Source: Blastocladiella emersonii ATCC 22665 (Eukaryota; Fungi; Blastocladiomycota). From it: DNA of 64,000 nt. This document shows, in pieces, positions 35,396-48,287 of the stretch. The stretch is taken from the NCBI GenBank assembly GCA_025594325.1, contig JANHCV010000005.1:1984001-2048000 (forward strand), in the 5' to 3' direction. Position numbers and translations under genes: made by a program. How positions within the stretch are numbered: position 1 is the stretch's first letter; each line of letters begins with the position of its first letter. The notes beneath the pieces were generated by a model. That model ran no database searches and was not told where the DNA came from. It saw only the letters and a program-made list of their open reading frames with translations.

Positions 35396-38300
35396 ATGTC
35401 ATCCAAACGAGTTAAAGCAAACGCGCCATCGGCCACCGAGGCATGTCATGAGCCATGTATTCTACTCGGGTCGGCCGGCCTACTGCTGATCCCAGCTTGA
35501 CTGGACCCCGCCAGCGCAACTCTTGCTCTTGTTCGGCCATGGGATCTGCTTCCCGCATACTGGTCCCGGTCCTGAGAGGGCCGCTCATGGGTCAAGCGTG
35601 CTTGTCGCCAAGAACCCGGAGTCTTCTGTGGCCGGCCAGCAGCAGGCCTGATCGCAACAGCCGCCCGATCCTGCCAAAGTTGTGGAGAATCCCCACCCCT
35701 AACGCAAGAGCCGTGGATCCGACCTGTAGAAGGCGGACCGGATCAAGCGCTACGCCTTCCTGCTCGGCCAGACCGACCTCTTTGCCCACTTTCTTGGCGA
35801 GGACGTGATCAATGCGCTCAAGGAGGAAACGTCCGGCAAGGGACGCGGCAAGGGCGGCCAGGCCGGGTACCTATCTCCTCGCATCGCGCGGTCGCGCAAA
35901 GGGCCCGTAACGCTGACACTCGCTTGGCCTGTAGCTCGCGCCGTCACCGCAAGACCGAGGCCGAGGAGGACGCGGAGCTCATCAACGACGACGACGATGA
36001 CGACGAGCAGATGACCAAGGTCTTTACCGAGTCTCCGTCCTGTACGCCCGTTTGCTGACTGCTCATTCCTCCGCTCCGCTCACGCTGACCTTCCCGATAT
36101 TCAGATGTCGTTGGCGGCACGATGCGCGACTACCAGCTCCAGGGCCTCAACTGGATGATCTCGCTCTACGACAACGGCGTGAACGGGATCCTCGCCGACG
36201 AGATGGGTCTGGGTAAGACGCTGCAGACCATCTCGTTCCTCGGCTACCTCAAGCACTTCCGCGACGTCTCGGGCCCACACCTCGTCGTCGTCCCCAAGAG
36301 CACCCTGCACAACTGGTTCTCCGAGTTCCAGCGCTGGGTCCCCTCGCTTGACGTCTTTGTCTTCCACGGCAACAAGGACGAGCGACAGGAGCTCATCAGC
36401 TCGCGCCTCGTGTCGCGCTCGTTCGACGTGTGCGTCACGTCGTACGAAATGTGCCTGCGGGAGCAGAGCCAGCTCAAGAAGATCAACTTCGAGTCCATCG
36501 TCATCGACGAGGCCCACCGCATCAAGAACGAGCAGTCGGCGCTGTCCAAGATCATGCGCGAGCTCCACTCGCGCAACCGCCTCCTCATCACGGGCACGCC
36601 GCTGCAGAACAACCTGCACGAGCTGTGGGCGCTGCTCAACTTCCTCCTGCCCGACGTGTTCCACGACTCGGACACGTTCACCAATTGGGTCCAGAGCGGC
36701 GAGGAGCGCGTCGAGCAGCTCCACCGCGTCCTCCAGCCGTTCCTGCTCCGCCGCGTCAAGTCGCAGGTCGAGAAGTCGCTGCTGCCCAAGAAGCGCCTCG
36801 ACATCTACGTGACCATGAGCGCCATGCAGAAGAAGTGGTACCAGCAGATCCTCGAGAAGAACGTGGACGCGGTCAACGGCGCCATCGGCGCCAACAAGTC
36901 GTCGCGCACCCGGCTCCTCAACATCGTCATGCAGCTGCGCAAGTGCTGCAACCACCCGTACCTGTTCGAGGGCGCTGAGCCCGGCCCGCCCTACACCACC
37001 GACTTCCACCTCGTCGCCAACTCGGGCAAGATGCTCGTCCTTGACAAGCTCCTGGCGCGGCTGCGCGCCGCGGGCTCGCGCGTGCTCATCTTCTCGCAGA
37101 TGTCGCGCATGCTCGACATCCTCGAGGACTACTGCCAGTGGCGCGACTTCGAGTACTGCCGCATCGACGGCGGCACCGCCCACGAGGACCGCATCCGCGC
37201 CATTGACGACTACAATGCGCCCGACTCGTCCAAGTTCGTGTTCCTGCTAACCACGCGCGCCGGCGGTCTCGGCATCAACCTGACGACCGCGGATACGGTC
37301 ATCTTCATGGACGTGGACTGGAATCCCCAGAGGTACGCTGTCTCGTGCCCGGTTCATGCGAGGACCTCCACTCACGTTGTGTATCCTTTCATAGTGATTT
37401 GCAGGCCGAGGACCGCGCGCATCGCATTGGCCAGCAGAAGCAGGTCGTCGTCTACCGCCTCATCTCCGAGAACGCCATCGACGAGAAGATCCTCGGTACG
37501 TCATTGATCCGCTATTGGCAATCCCTGGACCGTGTCCTCACCGCTCTCCCACTCCAGAGCGCGCAACGCAAAAGATGCAGCTCGACCGCATGGTCATCCA
37601 GAGCCAGCTCAAGCCCGCCGCGGGTGGATCCGGTACCACCGGCGCCGCGGCAGGGGCCGAGAAGGAGACGGCCAGCGACTACCTCGCCATGATCCGACAC
37701 GGCGCTGCCGCCATGTTCCACGGCGACGGGTCGGCCGACGGCCAGGACGTGGACGTCGAGGAGCTCCTGCGGCGGTCCGAGGAGCGGTCGGCGGAGCTCA
37801 ACGCCAAGTACGCCAACGCACGCGTCGAGGACCTCGTCCGCCTCAACCACTCGGCGTACGAGTGGGACGGAGAGGACTACCGCAAGAAGAAGCAGGGCAA
37901 GATGGCCGGTGGCTTCGAGTGGATCGGCCCTGCCAAGCGCGACCGCCGCGGCGGGAACGACACTGCGTCGGACCGCGCCGTTGGTGGGCCGAGCGCGCCC
38001 AAGAAGCCTAAGCTCCAGGTCATCCTCCCGACGTTCCCCGACTTCCAGTTCTTCGACAAGCGCTTCGTCGAGCTCAAGATCCGCGAGTTCTGGCAGGAAC
38101 TGGTACGCCCACCGATGCTGACTGGACCTCCACTAAACCCTCAGCTGACCTCAACTCTGACCTTGTGTAGCGCGCGGACAAGGAGAAGCTCGAGGATCTC
38201 GAGACGGCGGACCATGCTTCGGCCATGGCTGCTGAGCCGCTGACCGCCGACGAGGAAAAGGAGATGCGCGAGCTCGAGTCCAAGGCCTTCACCAACTGGA

Positions 38301-39034
38301 CCAAGCGCGAGTTCAACGCCTTCCTCCGCGCACACGATAAGCACGGGCGCGCCGACCTGGCCGGTATCGCGGCCGAGCTGGCCGAGACGGGCAAGACCGA
38401 GGACGAGGTCCGCGCGTACGCTGCCGTGTTCTGGGAGCGGTTCCGCGAGCTCGACGGATGGGAGAAGCGGATTGGCGACATCGAGAAGGCCGAGCGGCGC
38501 CACCGGCAGGACGTGGAGATCGGCATCTTCGCGCAGCTGCTCCTCGACGCGTGCGAGGGCAACCCGCTCCTCACGCTGCCGCTCCACTACAACCCCAAGA
38601 CCCGCGGCAAGCCGTACTCGGACGACGAGGACCGGTTCCTCGTCGTCACGGCCATCCGCTACGGCCTCGACCGCCACGACGTGTACGAGCACGTCCACGC
38701 CCAGGTCCAGCGCTCGCCCGTGTTCCGCTTCTCGTGGTACGCGCGCTCGCGCACGCCCGTCGAGCTCGGCAAGCGTATTGTGGCGGTGCTCAGCGTGCTG
38801 CTCAAGGAAGGGCCCGGGCCTGCCGCCGAGGCGCGCCGCAAGATGCCCGTCACGGCCACGGCGCTGCCGGTCTCCCCGCTAGTGGGCGCAACGACGGCGG
38901 CGGCCAAGCGTAAGCGCGGCGAGGCGCCGGCCGCCGTGACGGCGACGACTGACGACGATGGACTGGCCGGGAGCGACAGCGCAAGCGAGAGCGACCACCC
39001 GTCGTCCGCGTCGAAACGTGTTAAGATTGAATAA
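35396..39034 (+). CDS. ISWI: ISWI-family chromatin-remodelling ATPase (SNF2 plus HAND-SANT-SLIDE)
   Basis: [48 protein letters not shown]; SANT/SLIDE-like C-terminus; 5' exon inferred through a GC-AG intron. Confidence 0.95.
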
Positions 39035-39084
39035 TGGCTCAGGTGACACACTACATAAACCGCGGGTTCGCCGCTTCTACCTTA

Positions 39085-39509
39085 CTACTGTCCCGTCCCC
39101 TTCTTGAGGATGCGTTCGCGCAGCTTGCTTGAGTCGATCTTGAGCTCCTCGAGCATCTCGGTCGTCGAGTCGGCCACGTCCATGGCCTTGAGCTGGTTGA
39201 CGACGGCCTGGTTCTCCGCGTTGTACTTGAGCAGCGCAGAAAGGCAGTAGATGGCGTACTCGCGGATGTCTACACAGAAGGAATCAGAGGGCGGGAGTTA
39301 GCGTCGCATTGGAGCGGGGCGCACGAGGACAAGGGATCGTACAGGGATGGTTGTCGTCGTAGTTGCAGTGGTTCAAGACGAGCTGGAGTCCACCAAGCTC
39401 GCGTGCCGCGTCCTGGTTGGCGCGATGATCGGTGACCAGCTGAGCAAGAATCAAGATGAGGAGCTTTTTGGTCCCAAAAATGCCGTGGTACACGGACTCT
39501 TGCTGGTCG

Positions 39510-39545
<36 letters not shown>

Positions 39546-40666
39546 TCCCGCTGCGGCATGGTTGCGCGAGGCTGCTCGTCGTTGAGGAAGCAGAGAAGCT
39601 GGATGGTGGGCGCGAGTAGTTCGGGCGGCTGCGAAGTGAGCGACACGACGTCAAAGAGGCGGAGCTCCTCGATGACAAGCAACGGATCAACTGGATTCAG
39701 TTGAGGAGCACGCTCGTGCTCGCTCGATGGCGAGGCACTACGCGAGGCGACGATTTGGTCGACCTGAGAAGCGAAGGTGGCCGCAAGGTTCTTGACAAGG
39801 GTCAATGGGAGGCAAGGAGCAGCTGCGTTGCTACCAGCACTTTCCGCGCTCTCCTGGGCCCAGGCGCAGAGATAAGCAACTAGTCGCGGGCGGATGGCCT
39901 CGGGGCTAGCGTCAAAGCATGTCATGAAAAGGTCGTGCTCGACAAGTCCCTTGACCAAGGCCAGCGCGTACGACGCGAAGGGACCGCTGAGGCCATAGTC
40001 ACCTCCGGCGCCGTCCGAGTCGTCGTCATCGGCCGCAGAAGACGAGGAGAGCAGTACGTCAACGATACTCGCGCCGGGCTTCGCAGCGGCAATCAGGAAG
40101 ACGCGCTCGAGGACCAAGACTCCAGGGCTCGGGCGGTCGCCGACGGTGTGCGGCCGGTGGACGGGGAGCAGGCGCTGCGTGAGCAGCACAAGTGCGAGGA
40201 CCATGGCCTTCTTCTGCACATTGGGGACCGGGAAACTCAGCAGGTCCACCGTCCACTTGGAGAGAGGATCGGGATGGAGAGCGCGCGACTCCTCGGCAGC
40301 CGCGGGATTCCCGGCGCAGAGGTTGCTCGCTGCCTCCACCACGGTACCAAGCGAAGTAGCAATTTCGGCGTCGGGGGCAGAGTCTGGATCGGCATCCTCG
40401 CCGTGGCGCCAGCTGCTGCGAATCAGTGTCGCAGTCGTCCCGCACAGGAAGACGTCCATGCAGCCGACGCGGATCGCGAGGGACTGAGCAGCCGGGCATT
40501 CGATGCACGCATTCCGAACAGCCGATGCAATGAGCGCGATATCTGCGCCGGAACTCGCGGTGCCCGCGGCAAAAGAGTTCAGCGCCCGCCAAAACTCCTC
40601 GCTCTGGCCGAGGTGCTTCCTGGGCGTCGCGGGGGACGGGTCAGCGACGGTCTGGCGTGAGGGCAT
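39085..40666 (-). CDS. ATXN10: Ataxin-10/Ctr86 ARM-repeat protein
   Basis: C-terminal NQDAARELGGLQLVLNHCNYDDNHP|YIREYAIYCLSALLKYNAENQ; polyQ9 tract. Confidence 0.88.
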
Positions 40667-41078
40667 GGCCGATGCCGAGAGCGAGCGCACCTTGCTTCTG
40701 GCAGCTGCCCGAGGTCTGCGGCGAGGTCGACCAGGATCGAGCGGGCGAGCTCGCGGTCGTCGGGGCCGCTTCCGGCCGCCGCCGCGCAAAAATCATTCAG
40801 GTCCTCGACGAATTGCTCCATGTGGTGGTAGTGCTCGTTTGATCCATGTGCCTTGGGCAGCGAGAGAAGACGTGAGGAAGCGAGAACGCCGGGCCCGTTC
40901 CAGCTCACACTGGCGGTCACCTGGCCGCGCCGCCACGCGCATCGCGATCTGCGCCACCCGACGCGCCGTTCGCGCCATCGCGCGCGGCCGCTCGCCGGCA
41001 AGGGAAACGGCGGCCCGAACGGCGACCCCCCATCCTGCCCCCCATCCCCAACCCTCGCTCTCCGCAACACCACCACCC

Positions 41079-42627
41079 ATGGATCACAACGAGCCGATCG
41101 CCGTCACCAACTTCCGCCGCTACCTGCGGTGCAAGACGGTCCACCCGGAGCCCGACTACCAGAGCGCCAAGGAGCTGCTCCTCGAGCTCGGCGCCGAGCT
41201 GGGCCTCGTCCCCCAGGTCATTGAGCTCGTCGCCGGCAAGCCCGTCGTCATCCTGACCTGGCCCTCGGCCCTCGCGCCTGGCGAGAAGCGCAAGTCGCTC
41301 GTCCTCAACTCGCACATTGACGTCGTCCCCGTCTTCCGCGAGTTCTGGACCCAGGACCCGTGGGCGGCCGACAAGGTCGACGGCCGCATCTATGCCCGCG
41401 GCTCGCAGGACATGAAGTGTGTCGGGATCCAGTACCTGGAAGGTGAGCCGGCCCTCGCAATCCCATGGCATGTTTTGTTTACAGCCAACTGACCCACCAA
41501 ACGTGTAGCAATTCGCGCCCTCAAGGCAACGGGCTACCAGCCGGCGCGGGACATCCACGTTCTGTTCGTGCCCGACGAGGAGATTGGCGGCCATGACGGC
41601 ATGGAGAAGCTCGTCGTGACCGAGCACTGGAAGGCCCTCAACCCTGCCTTCGTGCTCGATGAGGGGCTTGCGAACCCCGACAACGCGTACAAGGTGTACC
41701 ACGGTGAGCGCGCTCCCTGGTGTACGTCAACCTCTGGCCACCGCTTTCTGGAGTGACCTGTAGCTCACTGTTTCCGCCCCGGCTCGGCACCGCCCGTCTG
41801 TCTGTAGGGGTCAAGGTTACCGTGACTGGCGAGACTGGCCACGGGTCCCAGTTCATTGCCAACACTCCTGGACCCAAACTTGTACGTTGCTTCCCAGACC
41901 GCCAACTATCACTGATCGTAGCCTAACGCGCCTTTCTCGCCCGCACGAAGAACCGCGTCATGGCCAAGTTTCTCGCGTTCCGCGATGAGCAGGAGGCTCT
42001 GCTCAACTCGGCCAAGCACTCGGACGGCCGGCCCTTCTCGCTCGGGGATGTGACGACGGTCAACCTGACCAAGCTCGACGGCGGCGTCCAGTACAATGTG
42101 ATCCCGCAGAACCTGACCATGGGCTTCGACATCCGCGTCTCGCCGACCATGAACCTCGAAAAGTTCCGCGATATGGTCAACGAGTGGTGCGCGTCCGAGG
42201 AAGGGTACGTGATCCAGCTACCATGGTACCTCGCTGCACCCAGCACGGTTTCGCTGACTGAACCCGAAATTGCAATAGCGTCTCGTGGGAGTTTGTCCAG
42301 GAGACCAAGGTCAACTACGTCACGCCACTCGACAGCAACCCGTGGTGGACCGCCATGAAGGAGGCCGCCCAGGCCCACGGCATTGCCCTCGACCCGACCA
42401 TCTTCCCGGCGGCGACCGATTCGCGCTACCTGCGCAAGGCGCGCGTCCCCGCCCTCGGCGTCTCCCCCATCCGCAACACGCCGGTGCTGCTCCACTGCCA
42501 CGACGAGTACCTCGACGAGTATGTGTTCCTCGAGGGGATCGAGTTCTACAAGGAGCTGCTGCCCCGCCTCGACCAGGTCGCCGATCCCGCCGCGGACGAC
42601 GGCCAGCGCTGGACCCTCAAGTGCTAA
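41079..42627 (+). CDS. ACY1: Aminoacylase-1 (M20A)
   Basis: FRRYLRCKTVHPEPDY, LNSHIDVVPV, ARGSQDMKC, PDEEIGGHDGM, TDSRYLR, LLHCHDE. Confidence 0.95.
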
Positions 42628-42944
42628 CCTGGCATTTGATTGGTGGAATCGCATGACGTTCATTTTTGTGTGTTTCTTCGGTGCATGGTTCACTGGCGCG
42701 CACACATTTGCGCGAGGGGGGAAGCGCTCGAGTCGCGAGCGCTCGACATGCTTGCTTGACGTCGACTGGCGAGCCTCGCTCGATCGGTGCTTGAGCTCCG
42801 ACCGGTTCACGGTGCTGCTGAAGATGCTGCTGCCCGCTGCAGACATCAGCGCGGTGAGGGTAACGTTGGTTCTAAGCATGGAATACGGGCTCTGCTCAAG
42901 CACGAAGCTTGTGCCGTGCACCCAGCTCTTACGGATCGCCGGCA

Positions 42945-43259
42945 TTGCCGTGGGCGCTGGTCCTGGGCGGGCTGGTCCCACCCCTAGGGGAGGTGGAGCG
43001 CGAGGGCAGCGGCTACTACCCGTTCCGGTTCCTGTGGTCGCTGTCGGCGCCGCGGCACGCCGTCGAGGCGCTGTTCATCGAGGAGGTGGGGGCGCGCGCG
43101 TGGGACGAGCTGACGCAGGGGACCGCCGTGTACGACGCGCTCGGGTACCGCAAGGACGGGTACGGCGCGGCGGTGCTCAACATCGTGGTGATTGGGCTGC
43201 TGTGGCAGACGGCGGCGCTGGTCGGGCTCAAGCTGGCGAATCGCGAGCGTCAAAAGTGA
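42945..43259 (+). pseudogene. Isolated 3' fragment of an ABCG transporter (last TM segments)
   Basis: WALVLGGLVP...FLWSLSAPRHAVEALF...GY...AVLNIVVIGLLWQTAALVGLKLANRERQK resembles an ABCG C-terminus; only ~0.3 kb separates it from ACY1, leaving no room for an NBD. Confidence 0.65.
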
Positions 43260-43275
43260 ATGCATCCGAAAAAAA

Positions 43276-44348
43276 TTACAAAATGTCCTTGAGGTTGACC
43301 TGCGCCGACCCGCGCGCCAGCGGCTTGGGCTGCGTCGGCGACGGCTTCCACCCGATCAGGTAGATGACCTGGAACGTGGCGGGCACCGAGTTGCCGTCGG
43401 GGTTGCCGTGCATGGCCTGGTAGATGGCCGCCGCCGCCGCGAGCGTGTCCCGTTTCAGGGCGGGCCGCCGCTGCGCCACGGCGTTCGACTCGCCCATGGC
43501 GCGCAGGTCGTCGACCAGCTCGTACGCCGACGGGTAGTCGACGACAACCTCGTCCACGTCGACGGTCGTCAGCGTGAACCCGGCGCGCGACAGCAGGCCG
43601 CCCATGTCGGCCGAGACGGCCATGGGGCTGACGCGCGGCGACACACCGCCCTCGCGCTCGAGCTCGGCCAGCTGCAGGCTCGTGCGCAGCTCGAACACCG
43701 AGTCGCCGCCGAGCATGGCGCCGATGAAGACGCCGTCGGGCTTGAGGCACCGGTGCGCCTGGATCAGCACGCCCGGCAGGTCGTTGACCCAGTGCATGGA
43801 CAAGTTCGACACGACCATGTCGAGGCTGTCGGGCGCAAACGCGCCGCCGAGCTGCGTCTCCTCGTCGAGCACGCGCCGCTCGATCTCGACGTCGCGCTCC
43901 CCGTCCAGATCGGCGTCGCGGTACAGCAGGTCGCGCGACATGTCGCACATGACGACCTTGGACGTGATGTCGGCGTCGAGGTGCTTCACGACGTGCCCCG
44001 CGCCGGACCCGACGTCGACGATGACCGGGTACCGGTTCTTGACGTCCTGTTGTATCTCGCGGGTGTTAGTCTCTGTGAGTGCAAGTCGCTTCCCGAGAAA
44101 CACGGACGGACCAGGATGCGGTCGACCAGCCGGGCGGCAATCTCGTCCTTGAGGTAGTCGGCGGCGCGGGCGCTCGGGTGCCGGCTCGCGCGGTCGCGCT
44201 GCAGCCGCTTGGCGGCGCGGTCAAACACCTGCGGCGCGCCCGCCGTCGGGGCCGCAGCGACGCCCGCCCCCGTGGTCGCCAGCGCGCGCGATGCCGTGAG
44301 CCGTGACGGTGGTGCGAGTGCGGCAAGTGCGCGGCAGCCGTGATACAT
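43276..44348 (-). CDS. NDUFAF5: Mitochondrial complex I assembly methyltransferase-like protein
   Basis: VFDRAAKRLQRDRA, DVGSGAG, SNLSMHWVNDLPG, ELRTSLQLAELEREGGVSPRVSP, ATFQVIYLIGWKP. Confidence 0.96.
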
Positions 44349-44904
44349 GGTTTACGAGGTATGTTGGTCTCGGAGTGACATCGTCGCAATATGCAGTGGT
44401 TGAGCACCGCGTTCGCGCAAATCACGTTGGGCTCAGCCGTGTGGCGCGGCGCGTCATCTGCTGGAACCTCATAGTCGGCATCAAGTTGCCTGATACGAGC
44501 TGATACGGACTGGAGATCTAGGACCGACTTCCATGCGCAGGGACGCTGAGGCGCGGACCTGGGCAGAAGGCGGACTGAACCCACCCTGGCCGTGCTATCG
44601 TGTTGGCTGAGAGCGAATCAACGGCTCTTCCACCTACCGACCGTGTCGTACACTGAGCACTCGGCCGTCTCCGCCCGAAGCATAGGGCGCCAGACAAAGA
44701 CTTCGAGAGACAGTGTCCCCCGCGGCATGTGATGCGGCGTGCCGGCGCGGGAGACATCGGAGAGACGCGTTCTTAGAAGATTCCCATCGGCCGGACGCGT
44801 CGCCGCGCGGACGGCGACGATTCCGTCTCCTCACCTCGGCTCCGTCCTCGACTCCGTGTGGCCGCGACGACGGGCCCCTTGCGCCACTTGCAGCGACTCT
44901 CTAT

Positions 44905-46970
44905 ATGCATCAACACGCGCCTGACGCCTCCGCGGCGCCCGCCCCGCCGCCCGCGGCGCCCGCCCCGCCGCCCGCGGCGCCCGCCCCGCCGCCCGCGGCG
45001 CCCGCCCCGCCGCCCGCGGCGCCCGCCCCGCCGCCCGCGGCGCCCGCCCCGCCGCCCGCGGCGCCCACGCCGCCGACGGTCGACGCCGCGGCCAGCGCCG
45101 CGCTGATGGCGTTCATCCAGAACAACGCCATGGAGCCCGCCACGGTCGGCGGCTGGGTCGCCATGGGCGCGGCGTGCGAGTGGCACGCCGAGGAGACGCG
45201 CGACCAGGTCGCCCGGATCGCCCAGAGCATCGCGGCCGAGATCCCGCACGGCCGCCACAAGCCGCTCGTCGAGGCGTCGATCCGCGTGTCGGCCATGGCG
45301 ACCCAGCTCGACCACGCGCACCAGATCGTCACGAGCCGCATCGCCGCGCTCACGTCGACGCCCGTGCCCGAAGCAACCGGTCCGCCGATGCCAGCTCCTG
45401 CTCAAGTTCCCGCAGGCCGTGGACCACCATCGGCCGCGGCGCCGGCGGCCGTATCCTCGGCGACTACCTCGGCGCCCGCACCGGCTCGGCCGGCCTCGAT
45501 CTCGGCGCCCGCGTCGGCATCAAGCGCGCCGCCGTCGTCTGCCGCCTCATCTTCTACCACACCCGGCGCACCCGTCCTCGCCGCTGCTGCCCCCGCCCCG
45601 CTCGGTTCCGCGCAGGCACGGGACCCGCGGCGCCCACGGCACCAGTTCATGCCGGCTGTTCCCGTCTTCAACGCGCTCGGGTTCGCGTCCGTGACCGCGG
45701 CCGCGCCGTCCCCATCATCTTCGAGCTCGTCGCCGGCGGCGGCAAGTATCCCGCCCAGCAGCGCCTCGGCCGCCGCTTCCGCCGCCAGCAGCAGCAGTCG
45801 CACGCCTACGAGCCGCAGGCCTACGAGCAGTCCGCGAGCGCCGCTCCCGCATCTACGACATCGTCGGCGTACGCGACGTCGTCGTCGACTGGTTCTTCCA
45901 CGTCGGTCCATCCGCGTCACGATGACCACCACCACCACCACCACCACCACCACACGGCGGCCCATCACCACGACCACCATCACCACGGGCCTACGACGGC
46001 CGCCGCCGGCCGCGGGTGCAAGCTGTGCAAGATGATTATCCGGTCCGGGTCTGGGTCAAAGCGCGTGCGCCTGGACGCGCACGGCACGTCGCAGTGTCCG
46101 CTGGTGCGGTCCGAGCAGGAGATCGTCCGGTTTGCCAAGACGTTCGAGCCCGGGCTGCGCCGCGTCAAGGGCATCCAGAACATCAAGCCGGGAACCGGGC
46201 CCGACGTCACCGAGGCGATTCTCGCGCGGCGCGCTCAGCGGCTCGCGGACCAGATCGAGAAGCTCTGCGACCGGAGCCCCGAGTACCGGCCCATCCAGCT
46301 CGCGCTCCGCATGCTCGCCCAACTGCCGACGGCCGACGGTCGCGCGCACCTGCTCGGCTTCTTCTTCGACACGCTCCGCGAGCTGCAGCAGGCGGCGATG
46401 CGCAAGGCCTCGGGCATCGCATCGCACGACAACTCCGTCGCCGTCCAGGCCAACTCTGCCGCACCGGCGGGTCCGCCGGCGGCCGCCGCGGCCACGGCCT
46501 CGTCGAGAGCCTCGTCGTCCGCATCCGTCGCAGCGCCTCATGATTTCGCGCTCGCTTCCGTACCCGCTCCTCCTGCGGCCAACCGCCCCTTCTTCTCCAT
46601 GTGCGGCTACTGCCGCGCCGTCCTCCGCGGCGAGCCAGGCCGCATCATGGGCCAAGAGCACTCGCACCGTGTCGACGAGTGCAAGCTGCTGTCGTACGAC
46701 CTCGCCAACCGCGTCAAGCGCTGCCTGCATCATCTCGCCGCGGCAGGCCTCCCGTTCGAGTTCGGCTTCACGTCGCACGCCTCGACTGTGGGCGAGACCG
46801 CGCTCGTCCGGTGCGCCGAGCAGCTGATCGCCCAGCTCATCCAGCTCGACAAGTCGTACCCCAAGGCGCGGGTCGTGCGTTCCGGTCTCGGCGAGATCCT
46901 GCGGTTCGGCAAGACCAGTCGCCGCACGGACGCCCTCATCCTCCTCTTCACGCTGGTGCTCGAGGACTAA
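44905..46970 (+). CDS. Orphan protein with Pro/Ala repeat, His tract and two CxxC..H..C plus helical modules; reading frame breaks near 45690-45800
   Basis: ORF 44905-46035 overlaps ORF 45174-46970 in another frame; modules CKLC...H...QCP and CGYC...H...ECK; the break could be a weak intron, an assembly error or pseudogenisation. Confidence 0.5.
44932..45078 (+). repeat. 21-bp minisatellite, six perfect units plus one degenerate, encoding (AAPAPPP)n
   Basis: Unit GCGGCGCCCGCCCCGCCGCCC read directly at 44932-45057. Confidence 0.95.
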
Positions 46971-47616
46971 GTGCGCCGAAGCGCGTGGGCCGGCGGCCGA
47001 CTGGGATGCCGCATCGGCGACATCGTTGACTCTTCCTAATACCATTAGCACATTAATCACCACTCACTCCCTCTTCCCAAGAACCTCGCTTGCATATAAT
47101 TGGTTCTTTCGCATTGTTCGCTTGGCCTCCCTGGGTTGTGGAGCGCGCGTCGCGTGGGCCGCTGGATCAAGTGACGGCGAATCTTCGCCAAAGTACTACA
47201 CATTGACCAGATCCGGCCGTCGTGCTCTCACCGAGGGACAAAAGGGAGTGAAGCATGGACAGTATTTCTCGGTGACCTTAGCTCATGGCGAAGCCTTGAA
47301 ATCCGGAGCGAGGGGCACTTTGCCAAAGTCAAGCTCTCGTACTCGGCGGGCGGGAGTCGAGTGGACACGTTGCATCGGGGCTGTTGGCGTGGATATCGGG
47401 GGACCGTTTCGAACCCTAAAAAAGTTCGGCAATGATAGTCCATCATTGAGGTACCTGACCGGCTACGTCCATAGACTGGTGCAACAAAAAAATGCCCTCC
47501 TCCCCCCACTTACTAACCACTAACCATAAACCTTTTGCTCGATGGCATTTCTGGTCTTTCCTTCTTGAATTGTTGCTATTTTCACGCGCGCGCGTGCGGT
47601 GCCTCGGGAGACAGGC

Positions 47617-47682
47617 GGTGGAGACGCGTCGCGAAAACGCGTGATCCGATCACGCGCCGTGTGCGAGACGCGTCGCGCCACA
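47617..47682. promoter_or_regulatory. 66-bp ACGCG-rich palindromic element, copy 1
   Basis: GAGACGCGTCGCG twice flanking CGCGTGATC-N-GATCACGCG; 65/66 identical to 48963-49028. Confidence 0.6.
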
Positions 47683-47741
47683 CTTTTGATCAACTCACCT
47701 GAATTTCAGATGCTGTTCACGTTTGAAAAGGTGTAAAAAAC

Positions 47742-48287
47742 TTGTCGGGCATTCATAGAGGATATTTATTGACTCGCGACACAATTTTTAAATACTTGAC
47801 TCGAGACCTTCCGCCTGCAAGGTCTGGATTAATGAGCCGACGGCCGTGCATTCGCGTTGTTAGCCAGACGGGAGGTCAGCGAGCGCAATTACACATGCTT
47901 TCTAAGGCGGCTACGTCGGCATGCTCAAGAACTGAGTCGTCGATCACGCTCGTAGTGCGCCAGCCCGAGAACGTAGCCTGGAGTCGTGCGAAGCGACGCA
48001 GCGTCTTCGCCGCCCTTCGCCTCGAGGACTTACAGCTATGTCCGTGTCAGCTCGCCGCTTCGAATCCGCCGGTCGACTTTGACAACGAGATCATGCAGTG
48101 TACGACGGGTGCAAGCGCGGTCGTGGTCTGCAGATTCACTCGGAAGCTGTTGCGCGAGATCGGCAAGCTCGACCAGTCGTACCCGATGCCGCAGGTGGCG
48201 TGTGCCGGTCTCGATGTAGTCTTCCGGATACACAAGGACCAGGACTGCGTGGAAGTTCGCCTGCTCAAGCTGTTCGCCAAGCTCTAG
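47742..48287 (+). pseudogene. Diverged paralogous fragment of the C-terminal module of 44905-46970
   Basis: LLREIGKLDQSYPMPQVACAGLDVVFRIHK versus LIAQLIQLDKSYPKARVVRSGLGEILRFGK; stop codon in the equivalent position. Confidence 0.6.

Noticed and set aside
39514-39543. PolyQ tract in an ataxin-10 homologue
   Set aside because: Short CAG/polyQ runs are common across this window; no special meaning is supported
44932-45078. Direct repeats as a possible CRISPR array
   Set aside because: Contiguous units with no spacers, in-frame coding, eukaryotic context, no cas genes
47026-47523. 165-aa ORF as a real gene
   Set aside because: No ATG start in good context, atypical composition and no motifs; treated as the 3' or intergenic part of the duplicated unit
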